Position numbers and translations under genes: made by a program. The notes beneath the pieces are model-generated. The model worked only from the letters and a program-made list of their open reading frames with translations, ran no database searches and had not been told where the DNA came from. DNA of 64,000 bases from Stenotrophomonas sp. (lineage in GTDB: Bacteria; Pseudomonadota; Gammaproteobacteria; Xanthomonadales; Xanthomonadaceae), in the NCBI RefSeq assembly GCF_050737575.1, contig NZ_JBOHXW010000007.1, positions 20,722 through 84,721 of the forward strand, in the 5' to 3' direction. Shown one piece after another: positions 31,074-40,392 of the stretch; the first letter of the stretch is position 1, and every line of letters starts with the position of its first letter.

Positions 31074-31975
31074 TCGCGGTTGACTGGGGCACCAGCAGCC
31101 TGCGCCTGTACCGCCTGGATGTCGAAGGCCATGTGGTCGAGCGTCGTCGCAGCGAACAGGGCCTGCAGGCCAGCGCCGGTCAGTTTGAAAGCGTGCTGGC
31201 CGCACAGATCGCCGGCTGGGACGATCCGCTGATCCTGCTGTCGGGCATGGTCGGCAGCCGTGGTGGTTGGCGCGAAGTGCCCTATCTGCCCTGTCCGGTT
31301 GGTGTGGAGGAACTCGCCACCGCCCTGGTGCGCCTGGAGTCTGCGGCTTTCAACGAGCGCCAGTTGTGGATCGTGCCCGGGGTCAGCAACACCGGCAGCG
31401 GCGTGAGCAGCGATGCCGTGCCCGACGTCATGCGTGGCGAGGAAACCCAACTGGCCGCCCTGCTGGCCGTCCTGCCGCGCGGCAACCACGTGGCCTGCCT
31501 GCCCGGCACGCACAGCAAGTGGGTGACGATCACCGACGGCCGCGTGCATCGCCTGGCCACGGCGATGACCGGCGAGCTGTACGCGGTGCTGCGCAACCAC
31601 AGCCTGCTCGGCAAGCTGATGCCGGCCGATGACAGCCGCGTCGATGCATGGGCCTTCGAGAGCGGACTCAAGCGCAGCCGCCAAACAGGCGGCCTGCTGC
31701 ATCACCTGTTTGGCGTACGCACGCTGGGCTTGTTCAACCAGATGGAAAGCAGCGCCTTGCCGTCCTACCTGTCGGGCCTGTTGATCGGCCACGAGATCCT
31801 CGCCTCCGGCGTACTCCAGCACAGCCCGCGCCTGTCACAGGTACACCTGATCGGCAACGACCGCCTGCTCGCGTTGTATGCCCAGGCCTTGATCGCCTGG
31901 GGCGTTGGCGTGCAGCGCCACCCCGAAGACCTCGCCGCGCGTGGCATGCATGCGCTGTGGCAGCACCGCACATAG
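31070..31975 (+). CDS. dgoK: 2-dehydro-3-deoxygalactonokinase
   Basis: [44 protein letters not shown] motifs. Confidence 0.95.
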   Translation: MIAVDWGTSSLRLYRLDVEGHVVERRRSEQGLQASAGQFESVLAAQIAGWDDPLILLSGMVGSRGGWREVPYLPCPVGVEELATALVRLESAAFNERQLWIVPGVSNTGSGVSSDAVPDVMRGEETQLAALLAVLPRGNHVACLPGTHSKWVTITDGRVHRLATAMTGELYAVLRNHSLLGKLMPADDSRVDAWAFESGLKRSRQTGGLLHHLFGVRTLGLFNQMESSALPSYLSGLLIGHEILASGVLQHSPRLSQVHLIGNDRLLALYAQALIAWGVGVQRHPEDLAARGMHALWQHRT

Positions 31976-31976
31976 T

Positions 31977-32011
31977 CCCTCTCTCTACGGGAAAGGGTTC
32001 GGGGTGAAGGC
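31977..32011. repeat. Degenerate REP-like type B element
   Basis: CCCTCTCTCTACGGGAAAGGGTTCGGGGTGAAGG, similar to 44151-44191. Confidence 0.55.
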
Positions 32012-32056
32012 CGGCAAAACATCTCCCCACCCATCCCAGGCAACAAGAAGCACTGC

Positions 32057-32996
32057 ATGCGTTCAACCCATTCCTGGCACCTGCTGCTCCTGCTCTCATT
32101 GGCCTGCGCGTTTTCCGCGCCCTACAGGGCAGAAGTGCTGATCCAATCGATCAGCTACCAGGGCAACGACAAGCAGCCACCGCTGCAGGCAGGCAACTAC
32201 CGCAACCCGATCGTACCGGGCTTCCATCCCGATCCATCGATCGTGCGGGAAGGCGATGACTTCTACCTGGTCAACTCCACCTTCGGCTATTTCCCGAGCC
32301 TGCCGGTGCATCACAGCCGCGACCTGGTGAACTGGACGCAGATCGGCAATGCCATCGACCGCCCCGGCCAGATCAACTACGGCAAGGACGAACTGACCCG
32401 CGGCCTGTTCGCTGCGTCGATCAGCCACAACGATGGCAGGTTCTAGATCGTCAACACCTGCTTCTACTGCGACGGTGGCAATTTCCTGATCCACGCCGAC
32501 AATCCGGCCGGCCCGTGGTCGGACCCGATCTGGCTGGACGTGCGTGGCATCGATCCTTCGTTGTTCTTCGACGCCGATGGCAGCACCTGGGTAGTGCACA
32601 ACGACGTACCCGATGGTGTGCTGCGTTACGACGGCCACGGCGCGATCTGGCTGCAGCAGATCGAACTGTCTACCCGCAAGGCCATCGGCGCTCGGCGCCT
32701 GCTGGTGGATGGCGGCGCCGACCCTGCCAGCAAGCCCGAGTACATCGAAGGCCCGCATATCTTCAAGCACGACGGCTGGTATTACCTGACCGCAGCCGAA
32801 GGCGGCACCGGTGAGCAGCACGCGCAGATGATCTGGCGCAGCCGCACCATTGCCGGCCCGTACCAGCCCGGCCCGGACAATCCGGTATTGACCCAGCGCG
32901 ATCTTGATCCGGCACGCCCGCAGCCGGTGACGTCAGCCGGACATGCACAGTTCGTGCAGCTTGCAGACGGCAGCTGGTGGACGGTATTCCTCGCCG
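32057..32996 (+). pseudogene. GH43 beta-xylosidase/arabinofuranosidase pseudogene
   Basis: YRNPIVPGFHPDPSI, GIDPSLFFD, EGPHIFK, AGHAQFV motifs in one frame; in-frame TAG at 32444-32446 (F*IVNTCF); similarity stops after WWTVFLA and the C-terminal domain is missing. Confidence 0.88.
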
Positions 32997-33070
32997 CCCT
33001 CCTCGGAAAGCGGCGTTCGAGCCAGGCGGAGCATCGACGGCCTGCAAAGAGGCCTTCGCTCCGCGTCATG

Positions 33071-33343
33071 TCATTGCTGACGCTTGTGCGACCGGGCCTT
33101 GTCGGCCTGGCTCACGGTTGCGGCGGACGTCTTGCCGCTGCTGGCAGCCGGTTTTTCGGGAGTCGGCTTGGTGCGGAACGGCGTGTTGCCGAGCACCTCG
33201 ATCTGACCGCCTGCGCTGTTGAACGCCGCCAGGTCTTCGGCCATGCGCTCGCGGCTCAAGTTACGCTGTTGAACGTGGGAGCCGGTGACAGCGCTGGTCG
33301 TTCCTGCAGAGGCCGGGCCCGTCTTGCGTGGTGGTATCGCCAT
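33071..33343 (-). CDS. Small protein with a SutA-like RNA-polymerase-binding motif
   Basis: ATG 33343 with GAGG RBS; core RERMAEDLAAFNSAGGQIEVLG between low-complexity tails. Confidence 0.6.
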   Translation of the reverse strand: MAIPPRKTGPASAGTTSAVTGSHVQQRNLSRERMAEDLAAFNSAGGQIEVLGNTPFRTKPTPEKPAASSGKTSAATVSQADKARSHKRQQ

Positions 33344-33353
33344 GTTTTTTTCC

Positions 33354-33668
33354 TCAGGTAAGGTGCAGCGCGATGTTGCGATCGCCCTGCCGTGCATGTT
33401 CGTCGCGTTCGGCGCGGCAATACGGGCCGCCCATGACGAAGGATCTGCAGACGATGGGTCTGCTCTCGTAAATGCGGCACTTCATCTGTTGCCCATCCAG
33501 GGCGACGCACCAGCCATCCTCGTCCTTGGCCATGACCTGCAGGCCACTGGGCAATCGAGCTGTCAGGTGCGCCGGCACCGCGTCTCTTGCTTCCAGCACC
33601 ACGGTGAGCTGGCAGCAAAGTGCGTCACAGCTGCTGCAGCTGATCTTGGCCTGCTTCTCGCGCTCCAT
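33354..33668 (-). CDS. YkgJ-family cysteine-cluster (Zn/Fe-chelating) protein
   Basis: CSSCDALCC ... WCVALD ... CRIYESRPIVCR ... C motif. Confidence 0.85.
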   Translation of the reverse strand: MEREKQAKISCSSCDALCCQLTVVLEARDAVPAHLTARLPSGLQVMAKDEDGWCVALDGQQMKCRIYESRPIVCRSFVMGGPYCRAERDEHARQGDRNIALHLT

Positions 33669-33673
33669 GCGGT

Positions 33674-34345
33674 TTATTCGGCCCCCCCCGGCGCGTCGCG
33701 CGAGTAGTGCAGCAACTGGCCGCGAAATGGCTCAACGTCTTCATCATTCATGCGGCACCGCGTGGATTTGAACTCAAATCCCTGCAGGCCCAGCATGCGA
33801 CTGAAACGTGCGCTGTTGCCGCGACCGGGATCGGTGATCACCACTTCGGTCTTCGGCTTCGCATGGCGGCGTATGACATCGGCCATCAACGCGGCATGAC
33901 CTTGTTCGTAAAGAACGTCGCTGGCGATGATCAAATCGAACATGCCGAGCGAAGGCAGTTCGCGATCCCAGCGCATATGCCGGTAATGCACGGCCGGCAA
34001 CGCATTCAGTGCGGCGTTGTAGGCGAGGAAGGGTTCGGCCAGCGGATGGATGTCGGAAGCGACGACATCGCCGCCCCGCTGCAACAACACAAGACTGGCC
34101 AGACCAATGCCGCAACCCAGTTCAAGGATGCGTTTGCCTTCGATATCAAAGCGGCACATCGCCTGGGCAAGCAGACGGCCTGATGGCCACAGCTGTCCGA
34201 ACAGGCTCCATTGCGCCGACGAAATCCCAAGACGCTCTCCGTGACCATCCGGATCGCTGAACTGTTGTTTGTCACTGAGGATGCGCAACAGGTAAAGCTG
34301 GCCACCTATGGTGACCTTCTCGTTGCGTGTCGAATAACCGGGCAT
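33674..34345 (-). CDS. Class I SAM-dependent methyltransferase (lysine-methyltransferase-like)
   Basis: FGQLWPSG, ILELGCGIGL, FDLIIASDVLY, ITDPGRG motifs. Confidence 0.87.
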   Translation of the reverse strand: MPGYSTRNEKVTIGGQLYLLRILSDKQQFSDPDGHGERLGISSAQWSLFGQLWPSGRLLAQAMCRFDIEGKRILELGCGIGLASLVLLQRGGDVVASDIHPLAEPFLAYNAALNALPAVHYRHMRWDRELPSLGMFDLIIASDVLYEQGHAALMADVIRRHAKPKTEVVITDPGRGNSARFSRMLGLQGFEFKSTRCRMNDEDVEPFRGQLLHYSRDAPGGAE

Positions 34346-34640
34346 AGCGCACTCCCGTCGAGCGACCACCCGTGTAGACGGGCGGCTGACGCATGAAAGG
34401 GAGCGGAGTGGGCAACTATCAAGGCAGCTGCGCAGCGCGCGCGAAACAGGCAAGGCCTGCGGCTCAGCCTAACACTAAGCGCGTGCCCGCCTTCACATCT
34501 GGCTGAAGCGGAGCCATCGGCGTGTGACCGGGTCAGGCTGCTGAACCGGGCGAATGGCGTTGCGGTTGGCGATGCCGGTGGCTTGCGAGCGGCTGTTTGG
34601 CGTTGTTTCGATTGAGGTCAGCTGCGTGGCCGGCGCCTTC

Positions 34641-35135
34641 CTACAGCGCGCGTATCAGCAACCGGTTGAACGTTGCATCGTCAGCTCCATCCACAGGAAT
34701 CTCAAACGTCATTCCCATCTTCGGCAGGTTTCGACGCCAGAAGTCGTGGGCGCGAAGATCGTCGCGGAAGGTAGCCAACAGCCATTGCCCCGTTTCCGGC
34801 GTCACCAACGCGGTGACCACAGCGGCCGCAATTCCCTTCCCTCTGAATTTGGGAAGAACGAAGAGATCCGCCAGTTCCTGGATGCGACGGCCCTGGAAAT
34901 CGACGTCATCCACCAACACGAACCCGCACAGTTTTCCATCAAGCCACAGCAGCCTGGCCCAGTGCGACTGCTCACGCAGCGTGCTCTCCACATCGGCGTA
35001 ATCGCTGTCGTAGAGTCCTTCTGGAAGAATGTCCTCGTCACTCCACGCGGACGCCTCGAAGTAGTACAGCTGCATCAACCGGAACAGCACGGTCGCGTCC
35101 TGCAACGTCGCGGGAATGATCCTCAAGGCTTCCAT
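34641..35135 (-). CDS. GNAT-family N-acetyltransferase
   Basis: ATG 35135; ADLFVLPKFRGKGIA acetyl-CoA binding motif. Confidence 0.82.
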   Translation of the reverse strand: MEALRIIPATLQDATVLFRLMQLYYFEASAWSDEDILPEGLYDSDYADVESTLREQSHWARLLWLDGKLCGFVLVDDVDFQGRRIQELADLFVLPKFRGKGIAAAVVTALVTPETGQWLLATFRDDLRAHDFWRRNLPKMGMTFEIPVDGADDATFNRLLIRAL

Positions 35136-35392
35136 ACAGCGCTCTCCATCGTGCATCCCAGTCTGCCGACCTGCAGTTTGCTGGTCGGCGGTTCCATGTG
35201 AATCCGTGCTGCTGTCACGGTGGATTCTCTCGCCGCACAACGCAGGGACGCGCAGATCATCCGCCATACGGTGCCAATGAGCTATTGAATTCGCTTGCGG
35301 TAGCGAAGATGAAATGCATTCCATGCATTCAGCGGCTTGGCGTATCGACGCGCACATGATCGAGCATCATGAACGCTGTATCGCTTCTACCC

Positions 35393-36754
35393 TCAGCGCT
35401 GAATCACCGGCCCCTCCGGCGAAATGATCAGCTGGTTGATACGGCGCAGTGCGCTTTCCAGTTGTCGGCGGCTGGTTGCCAGGCCCAGCGACAAGCGAAA
35501 GCCACTTTGCTGTGGTGCGTCGTCGGGGCGAAACGCGGACGACGGCGATATCGCCAAGCCCTGCAATTGCGCGGCACGTACGAAGGTGGCGTCGGTCCAC
35601 GGCTCGGGTACGCGGCACCATGCGTGCAGGCCAGTCGCCCTCGCCTTCAATGATGGCGCCAGCAGATGCTCGGCCAGCGCGGTGCGCTCGCTGGCTTCGG
35701 CCAGCACCTGCTTGAGCAATGCGCGGGCCGAGCCGTCCAACAACAACTGGCTGACCAACGCCATCACCAGCGGATGGCCCATCAAGCAGATGGAGCGCAG
35801 CGCGGCCGCGATTGCTTCGGCATGGGACGCAGACGGGCATTGCACGAAGGCCGTGCGCAGGCCGGGGCTGATCGCTTTGGACAGCGTGGAGACGTAGTAG
35901 ACACAGTCCGGCGCGAGTGCGGCGATGGGCGTTGGCTTGCTGGTGTCGTGATGCCAATACGGATCGTCTTCGATGGCGAGCAGTTGGCAGCGTTGCAGCA
36001 CGCGCGCGAGGTCGGCGCGGCGCTGCGGTGGCACGGTCAACGCGGTCGGGTTGTTGCAGGTTGGATTGAAGTACACCACGCGCGCGCCGCTTCCTTTGGC
36101 AGCACGGGCAAGTGCATCCGGGCACATGCCCTGCTTGTCACCGCTCACCGGCACCAAGCGACGGCCAAGTGATCTGGCGACCTGCAACAGACCGGGATAC
36201 ACGAGTTGATCGCACAGAATCGCATCGCCCTCATGCGTCTGGCTGATGAGGATGGAGGTCAGCGCGAACTGTGCGCCTTCGGCCACTACCAAGCGCGTTT
36301 CGTTGACGTTGCCGAGCATCGGCTGCAACCAACTGGTGGCGGCATGGCGATCGGTCGGACTGCCGCCGCTGAGATGGTAGGTCATCAGATTAAGTGCATT
36401 GCTGCGTGCGAGCACCGCCGCCGCGCCACGCCGCAAGACGTCATTCAATGCGGCGGCATCGGGCACGGGCGGCACGTTCATGCTCAAGTCCACCGGCTGG
36501 CCGAACGCGGCTTTTGGCGGCGCGATGAAACTGCCTTGCGGGCCGCGTGCTTCGATCAATCCGCGTCGGCGTGCTTCATCAAACGCGCGCGTCACCGTGG
36601 TCAAGTCGATGCCGAGTTGCTTGGCCAACGCACGCTGCGATGGCAGGCGATGGCCGGGCACCAACTCGCCGGTGTTCATGGTGCGCTCGATGCTGTTGAC
36701 GATGCGCAGGTAGATCGGGCCGTTGCTGGCCAGTGCGTTTTCTATCCAGCTCAC
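35393..36754 (-). CDS. MocR/GntR-family PLP-dependent transcriptional regulator 1
   Basis: wHTH GHRLPSQRALAKQLGIDLTTVTRAF; aminotransferase domain EDDPY and STLSKAISPGLR (PLP Lys retained). Confidence 0.92.
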   Translation of the reverse strand: MSWIENALASNGPIYLRIVNSIERTMNTGELVPGHRLPSQRALAKQLGIDLTTVTRAFDEARRRGLIEARGPQGSFIAPPKAAFGQPVDLSMNVPPVPDAAALNDVLRRGAAAVLARSNALNLMTYHLSGGSPTDRHAATSWLQPMLGNVNETRLVVAEGAQFALTSILISQTHEGDAILCDQLVYPGLLQVARSLGRRLVPVSGDKQGMCPDALARAAKGSGARVVYFNPTCNNPTALTVPPQRRADLARVLQRCQLLAIEDDPYWHHDTSKPTPIAALAPDCVYYVSTLSKAISPGLRTAFVQCPSASHAEAIAAALRSICLMGHPLVMALVSQLLLDGSARALLKQVLAEASERTALAEHLLAPSLKARATGLHAWCRVPEPWTDATFVRAAQLQGLAISPSSAFRPDDAPQQSGFRLSLGLATSRRQLESALRRINQLIISPEGPVIQR

Positions 36755-36803
36755 TGCGCACCTTGGCGTTGACCGTGGAAGGCTGCGACAAACGGTCGCG
36801 CCA

Positions 36804-36812
36804 TGTATGGAT
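36804..36812. promoter_or_regulatory. TGTATGGAT half-site upstream of MocR regulator 1
   Basis: Same core as the inverted repeats at 37831-37869 and 39346-39370. Confidence 0.5.
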
Positions 36813-36950
36813 GATGTCGCGCTTTATTGTTTGCATCAGCGGCGGGTACCTGCTCACAACCATCGGTCGGTTGGAGCGGGTGCCCGCTGTTTTTCATGCG
36901 CGTGCAGAACGCCAAGGCACGACGACGTGCGTGCGGATTCATCGGTGGCG

Positions 36951-37556
36951 TCAGCGATCGCTTTGCCAGGGGCAATAGCAGCCGACCGCGAGCAGGCCGC
37001 GTGGACGCACCGTCTGCCCGGCGACCAGTTTGTCGAGGATGGGTTCGACAAAACTATTGGCCGAGTTGCACACCATGCCGATGCTGTACGGGCCGGCATA
37101 CGCCAGATGCCCTTGTCGGTCCCAGATCGCGACCGCCGGGCTGGCGGGAATGTGCTCGGCACCCTGGATCGTCGGCAATGCTTTCAAGCGGCCTTGCAGA
37201 TAGTCCGGCAACGCGCCGTGCGTGCCGGGTTTCTGCACGGCGTAGAAGTCGATACCCGCGCGGCGATACATCGTGATCAGGTAGCTCAGGTGCGCACCGG
37301 TTTCGCGGTTGCAGACCTTGCACGTCGGGTCCCAGAAATGCACGACGCGGATGCGCCCGGTGGCACCGGCCAGTTCGGGCGGCAACTGGAGCTGGGTGTC
37401 GTCGAAGACGATGGCCTGTTCGGCAAAGCTGGCCTGGTCACTGAAGCCGAAGTACTGCCACAACACGATCGCGATGCCGGCCATCACCACACAACCCGCC
37501 GCAATCCACAGCCGCATGCCGCGACGGCGCGACGCTGCGCCGTTGGCGGGGCTCAC
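36951..37556 (-). CDS. Membrane-anchored thioredoxin-like protein (DUF6436-like)
   Basis: N-terminal TM segment; VVHFWDPTCKVCN (CxxC); SPAVAIWD; C-terminal GCYCPW; GTG start overlaps the upstream stop. Confidence 0.7.
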   Translation of the reverse strand: MSPANGAASRRRGMRLWIAAGCVVMAGIAIVLWQYFGFSDQASFAEQAIVFDDTQLQLPPELAGATGRIRVVHFWDPTCKVCNRETGAHLSYLITMYRRAGIDFYAVQKPGTHGALPDYLQGRLKALPTIQGAEHIPASPAVAIWDRQGHLAYAGPYSIGMVCNSANSFVEPILDKLVAGQTVRPRGLLAVGCYCPWQSDR

Positions 37557-37816
37557 GTGGCCGCGTCCGGGCCGAACTTATAGTCGTATTGCTTGCGCAT
37601 CTCGCGGCACGAATCGGCCTGGGCGCGGCGGTGGATCTCGGTACGCTCCGGCGCGCGACTGCGTTGCAGGCACTGCTCGATGGCCGCTTGCTCACTGGCC
37701 TGCACGCTGGCGGTCTGTGGCCGGGAGCAGACATACACCAGCGAGGCCAGCGCCAGGACGATGAAGCCCCCGCAGCCCAGCATGACCAGATGAAACCTCA
37801 GCTTGTCCCGGCGCAC
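37553..37816 (-). CDS. Small membrane-anchored hypothetical protein
   Basis: TM helix followed by a short domain with two Cys (EQC ... DSC); stop overlaps the next start. Start uncertain (37816 or 37783). Confidence 0.6.
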   Translation of the reverse strand: MRRDKLRFHLVMLGCGGFIVLALASLVYVCSRPQTASVQASEQAAIEQCLQRSRAPERTEIHRRAQADSCREMRKQYDYKFGPDAAT

Positions 37817-37830
37817 ACAACCACCCACAA

Positions 37831-37869
37831 ATCCATACAAGAATCGCAATGTAGCATTTTTGTATGGAT
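37831..37869. promoter_or_regulatory. Inverted-repeat operator ATCCATACAA-N19-TTGTATGGAT
   Basis: Perfect 10-bp inverted repeat upstream of the small-protein/DUF6436 genes. Confidence 0.65.
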
Positions 37870-37897
37870 ATGACCGGGCGCGCCGGCCGGCACTGAG

Positions 37898-39310
37898 CTA
37901 GACGATCGCCCGCGCCCGCGTCTCAGGTGCAGCGGAGATCACCTCGGTGAGCTTGGTCAGCGCGGCCGCCAGACTGTGCTGATCCACCGCTCCGCCCAGC
38001 GACAGGCGGATGGCGTTGCCGGCCTGCTCTTCAATGCTGAAGGCCTCCGAGCTGGCAATGCCCAGGCCCTGCGCCTGTGCCGCCTGGATCAGCCGGTATT
38101 GATCCAGCCGCGCCGGCAGCGGCAGCCACACATGCAGACCGGTCGGGTGCGCCTGATACGGCGCCGGCAGGATGCGGGCGGCGATCTGCTGCCGCTGGCG
38201 CAGCTCCTGCTGGAAGCGGCGGACCATGTCGTCGGCCTGGCCACTGCGGATCCAGTGCGAGGCCACCGCCACCATCGACTGGGTCGGCATCAGCGCGATG
38301 GAGCGCAGGGCGTCGAGCAGCGGCTCCATCGGCTCACCCGGCGGCACCACCAGATAGGCCGTGCGCAGGCCCGGGGCCAGGCACTTGGACAGGGTGGAAA
38401 CGTAGTACACCGGCGCTTCCGGGCTGCTCTCCACGGCCAGCGGCGCGGCGGCATCGGCGGCCAGCAGCCAGTACGGGTCGTCCTCGACCACCGCCACGCC
38501 GTAACGCCGCGCGATGGCCAGAATCGCCGTACGCCGGGCCTGCGACATGGTCGCCGTGGTCGGGTTCTGGATGGTTGGAATGAGGTAGATCAGGCTCGGC
38601 TTGCGCAGCTGGCAGGCTTCTTCCAGCGCCTCCGGCAGCATGCCTTCGTGGTCCATGGCGATGGGCGCAATGCCCCGCTGCAGCACGCGCGCGGCCGCCA
38701 GCAGGCCAGGATAGGTGAGCTGTTCGGCGGCGATCACGTCGCCCGGCTGGGTCTTTGCCAGCAGCAGGGCGCACAGCGCGGCCTGCGCGCCGGGGCAGAT
38801 CACAACCCGCTCCGGCAGCACGTTGCCCAGGATCGGCGCCAGCCACTGCACGGCGGCAGCGCGGTCGTCGCGGGAGCCGGCGCCGACGTGGTAACTCATC
38901 AATTCGCCCTGCCCCAGCTGCTGGCTGAGCTGCTGGAAACCCCGCTCCATGCTCTGCGCGAACGGGCTGCTGCCCAGCAGCGGCGGGATGTTCATGCTCA
39001 GGTCCACCGAGGTGGCGCTGTTGCCGGCCGACATGGCGATGAAGGTGCCGCCCGCGCCCTGCGCGTCCAACAGATCGGACTGGCGCAGCTCGGCATAGGC
39101 GCGGGTGACGGTGGTCAGGTCCACGCCCATCAACTGGGCCAGATCGCGCTGCGGCGGCAAGCGGTCGCCAGGCTGCAGCACGCCGTCGTCGACGGCCTCG
39201 CGCACCTGCTGGGCAATCTGCAGATACAGCGGGCCAGTGCCTTCGGTGAAGGGACGGACCCAGGTCCGGTTGGGTTTTTTCAGGCGTCGACCAGTGGCTT
39301 GCGACTGCAT
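37898..39310 (-). CDS. MocR/GntR-family PLP-dependent transcriptional regulator 2
   Basis: GDRLPPQRDLAQLMGVDLTTVTRAY; EDDPY; STLSKCLAPGLRTA; evident paralog of 35393-36754; divergent from cyoA. Confidence 0.92.
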   Translation of the reverse strand: MQSQATGRRLKKPNRTWVRPFTEGTGPLYLQIAQQVREAVDDGVLQPGDRLPPQRDLAQLMGVDLTTVTRAYAELRQSDLLDAQGAGGTFIAMSAGNSATSVDLSMNIPPLLGSSPFAQSMERGFQQLSQQLGQGELMSYHVGAGSRDDRAAAVQWLAPILGNVLPERVVICPGAQAALCALLLAKTQPGDVIAAEQLTYPGLLAAARVLQRGIAPIAMDHEGMLPEALEEACQLRKPSLIYLIPTIQNPTTATMSQARRTAILAIARRYGVAVVEDDPYWLLAADAAAPLAVESSPEAPVYYVSTLSKCLAPGLRTAYLVVPPGEPMEPLLDALRSIALMPTQSMVAVASHWIRSGQADDMVRRFQQELRQRQQIAARILPAPYQAHPTGLHVWLPLPARLDQYRLIQAAQAQGLGIASSEAFSIEEQAGNAIRLSLGGAVDQHSLAAALTKLTEVISAAPETRARAIV

Positions 39311-39345
39311 CAGAGGGGACCTTCCATGCTTGTGCGTGCGTCAAC

Positions 39346-39370
39346 CCATACAATCATGTATCTTGTATGG
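39346..39370. promoter_or_regulatory. Inverted-repeat operator CCATACAA-N9-TTGTATGG in the MocR2/cyoA divergent promoter
   Basis: Read directly; an extra TGTAT lies in the spacer. Confidence 0.65.
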
Positions 39371-39492
39371 ACTTGAATGGACAGGCAATCCTCTTGTAGG
39401 CGCCGCCGTACGGACAGTGTAGCCGCTCCCCGCGTATGTGCCGGGCGCCGGCAGTCCCCGCTCAAGAGCTCCTTCATCAGGGTCGACTTTCA

Positions 39493-40392
39493 ATGAATAT
39501 CTGCTGGAAACGCATCCGCCCAGCGCTGGCCGCTTTGGCATGCGTGGGTTTGGCTGGCTGCAACTGGGTACTGCTGGATTCCAAGGGCGACGTGGGCATT
39601 GCCCAGCGCGACCTGATCATCATCTGCGTGGCATTGATGATGATCGTGGTGATCCCGGCCATCGTGCTGACCTTCGTCTTTGCCTGGAAGTACCGCGCCG
39701 GCAACACCAAGGCCAGGTACATGCCGGATTGGGCGCACTCCACCAAGGTGGAAATCGTGGTGTGGGGCGTGCCGTTGATCATCGTCGCGGTGCTGGCGGT
39801 GATTGTGTGGAAATCCACGCACGAACTTGACCCTTACAAGCCGCTGGATATCCCCGGCGAGCCGCTGCATGTGGAAGTGATCGCCACTGATTGGAAGTGG
39901 GTATTCGTTTACCCGGACCTGGGCATTGCCACGGTCAACCAGCTCAACTTCCCGGCCGGCCAACAGCTGGCGTTCGACATCACCTCCAACTCGACGATGA
40001 ATACCTTCTTCATCCCGCAGCTGGGTGGGCAGATCTACGCGATGGCCGGCATGCGCACGCAGCTGCATCTGGTGGCCAACGAACCGGGCGCGTTCGACGG
40101 CATGTCGGGCAATTACAGCGGCCACGGCTTCTCCAACATGAAGTTCGTCGCCACCGCGATGAGCAAGCAGCAGTTCGATGACTGGGTTGCGCAGGTGCGC
40201 CAGTCGCCGGACCAGCTCAGCTTCGACGAATTCAAACGTTTGGCCGCGCCCACCCGCAAGGAACCGGTGCGCCACTTCGCCAGCGTCGAACCACTGCTGT
40301 TCAAGAAGGTCATCGACCAGTTCATCGGCGTGGGTGAGAACACCCGGGCCACGTCGGGCGATCACGCAGAAACCAAGGCCTCCCAGGAGTAA
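39493..40392 (+). CDS. cyoA: Cytochrome bo3 ubiquinol oxidase subunit II
   Basis: Lipobox [13 protein letters not shown]; DWKWVFVYP; [16 protein letters not shown]; [12 protein letters not shown] (no CuA cysteines). Confidence 0.95.
   Translation: MNICWKRIRPALAALACVGLAGCNWVLLDSKGDVGIAQRDLIIICVALMMIVVIPAIVLTFVFAWKYRAGNTKARYMPDWAHSTKVEIVVWGVPLIIVAVLAVIVWKSTHELDPYKPLDIPGEPLHVEVIATDWKWVFVYPDLGIATVNQLNFPAGQQLAFDITSNSTMNTFFIPQLGGQIYAMAGMRTQLHLVANEPGAFDGMSGNYSGHGFSNMKFVATAMSKQQFDDWVAQVRQSPDQLSFDEFKRLAAPTRKEPVRHFASVEPLLFKKVIDQFIGVGENTRATSGDHAETKASQE

Noticed and set aside
32444-32446. Programmed amber readthrough or pyrrolysine in GH43
   Set aside because: No pyl machinery or recoding signal is visible, and the gene is also 3'-truncated, so decay is the simpler explanation.
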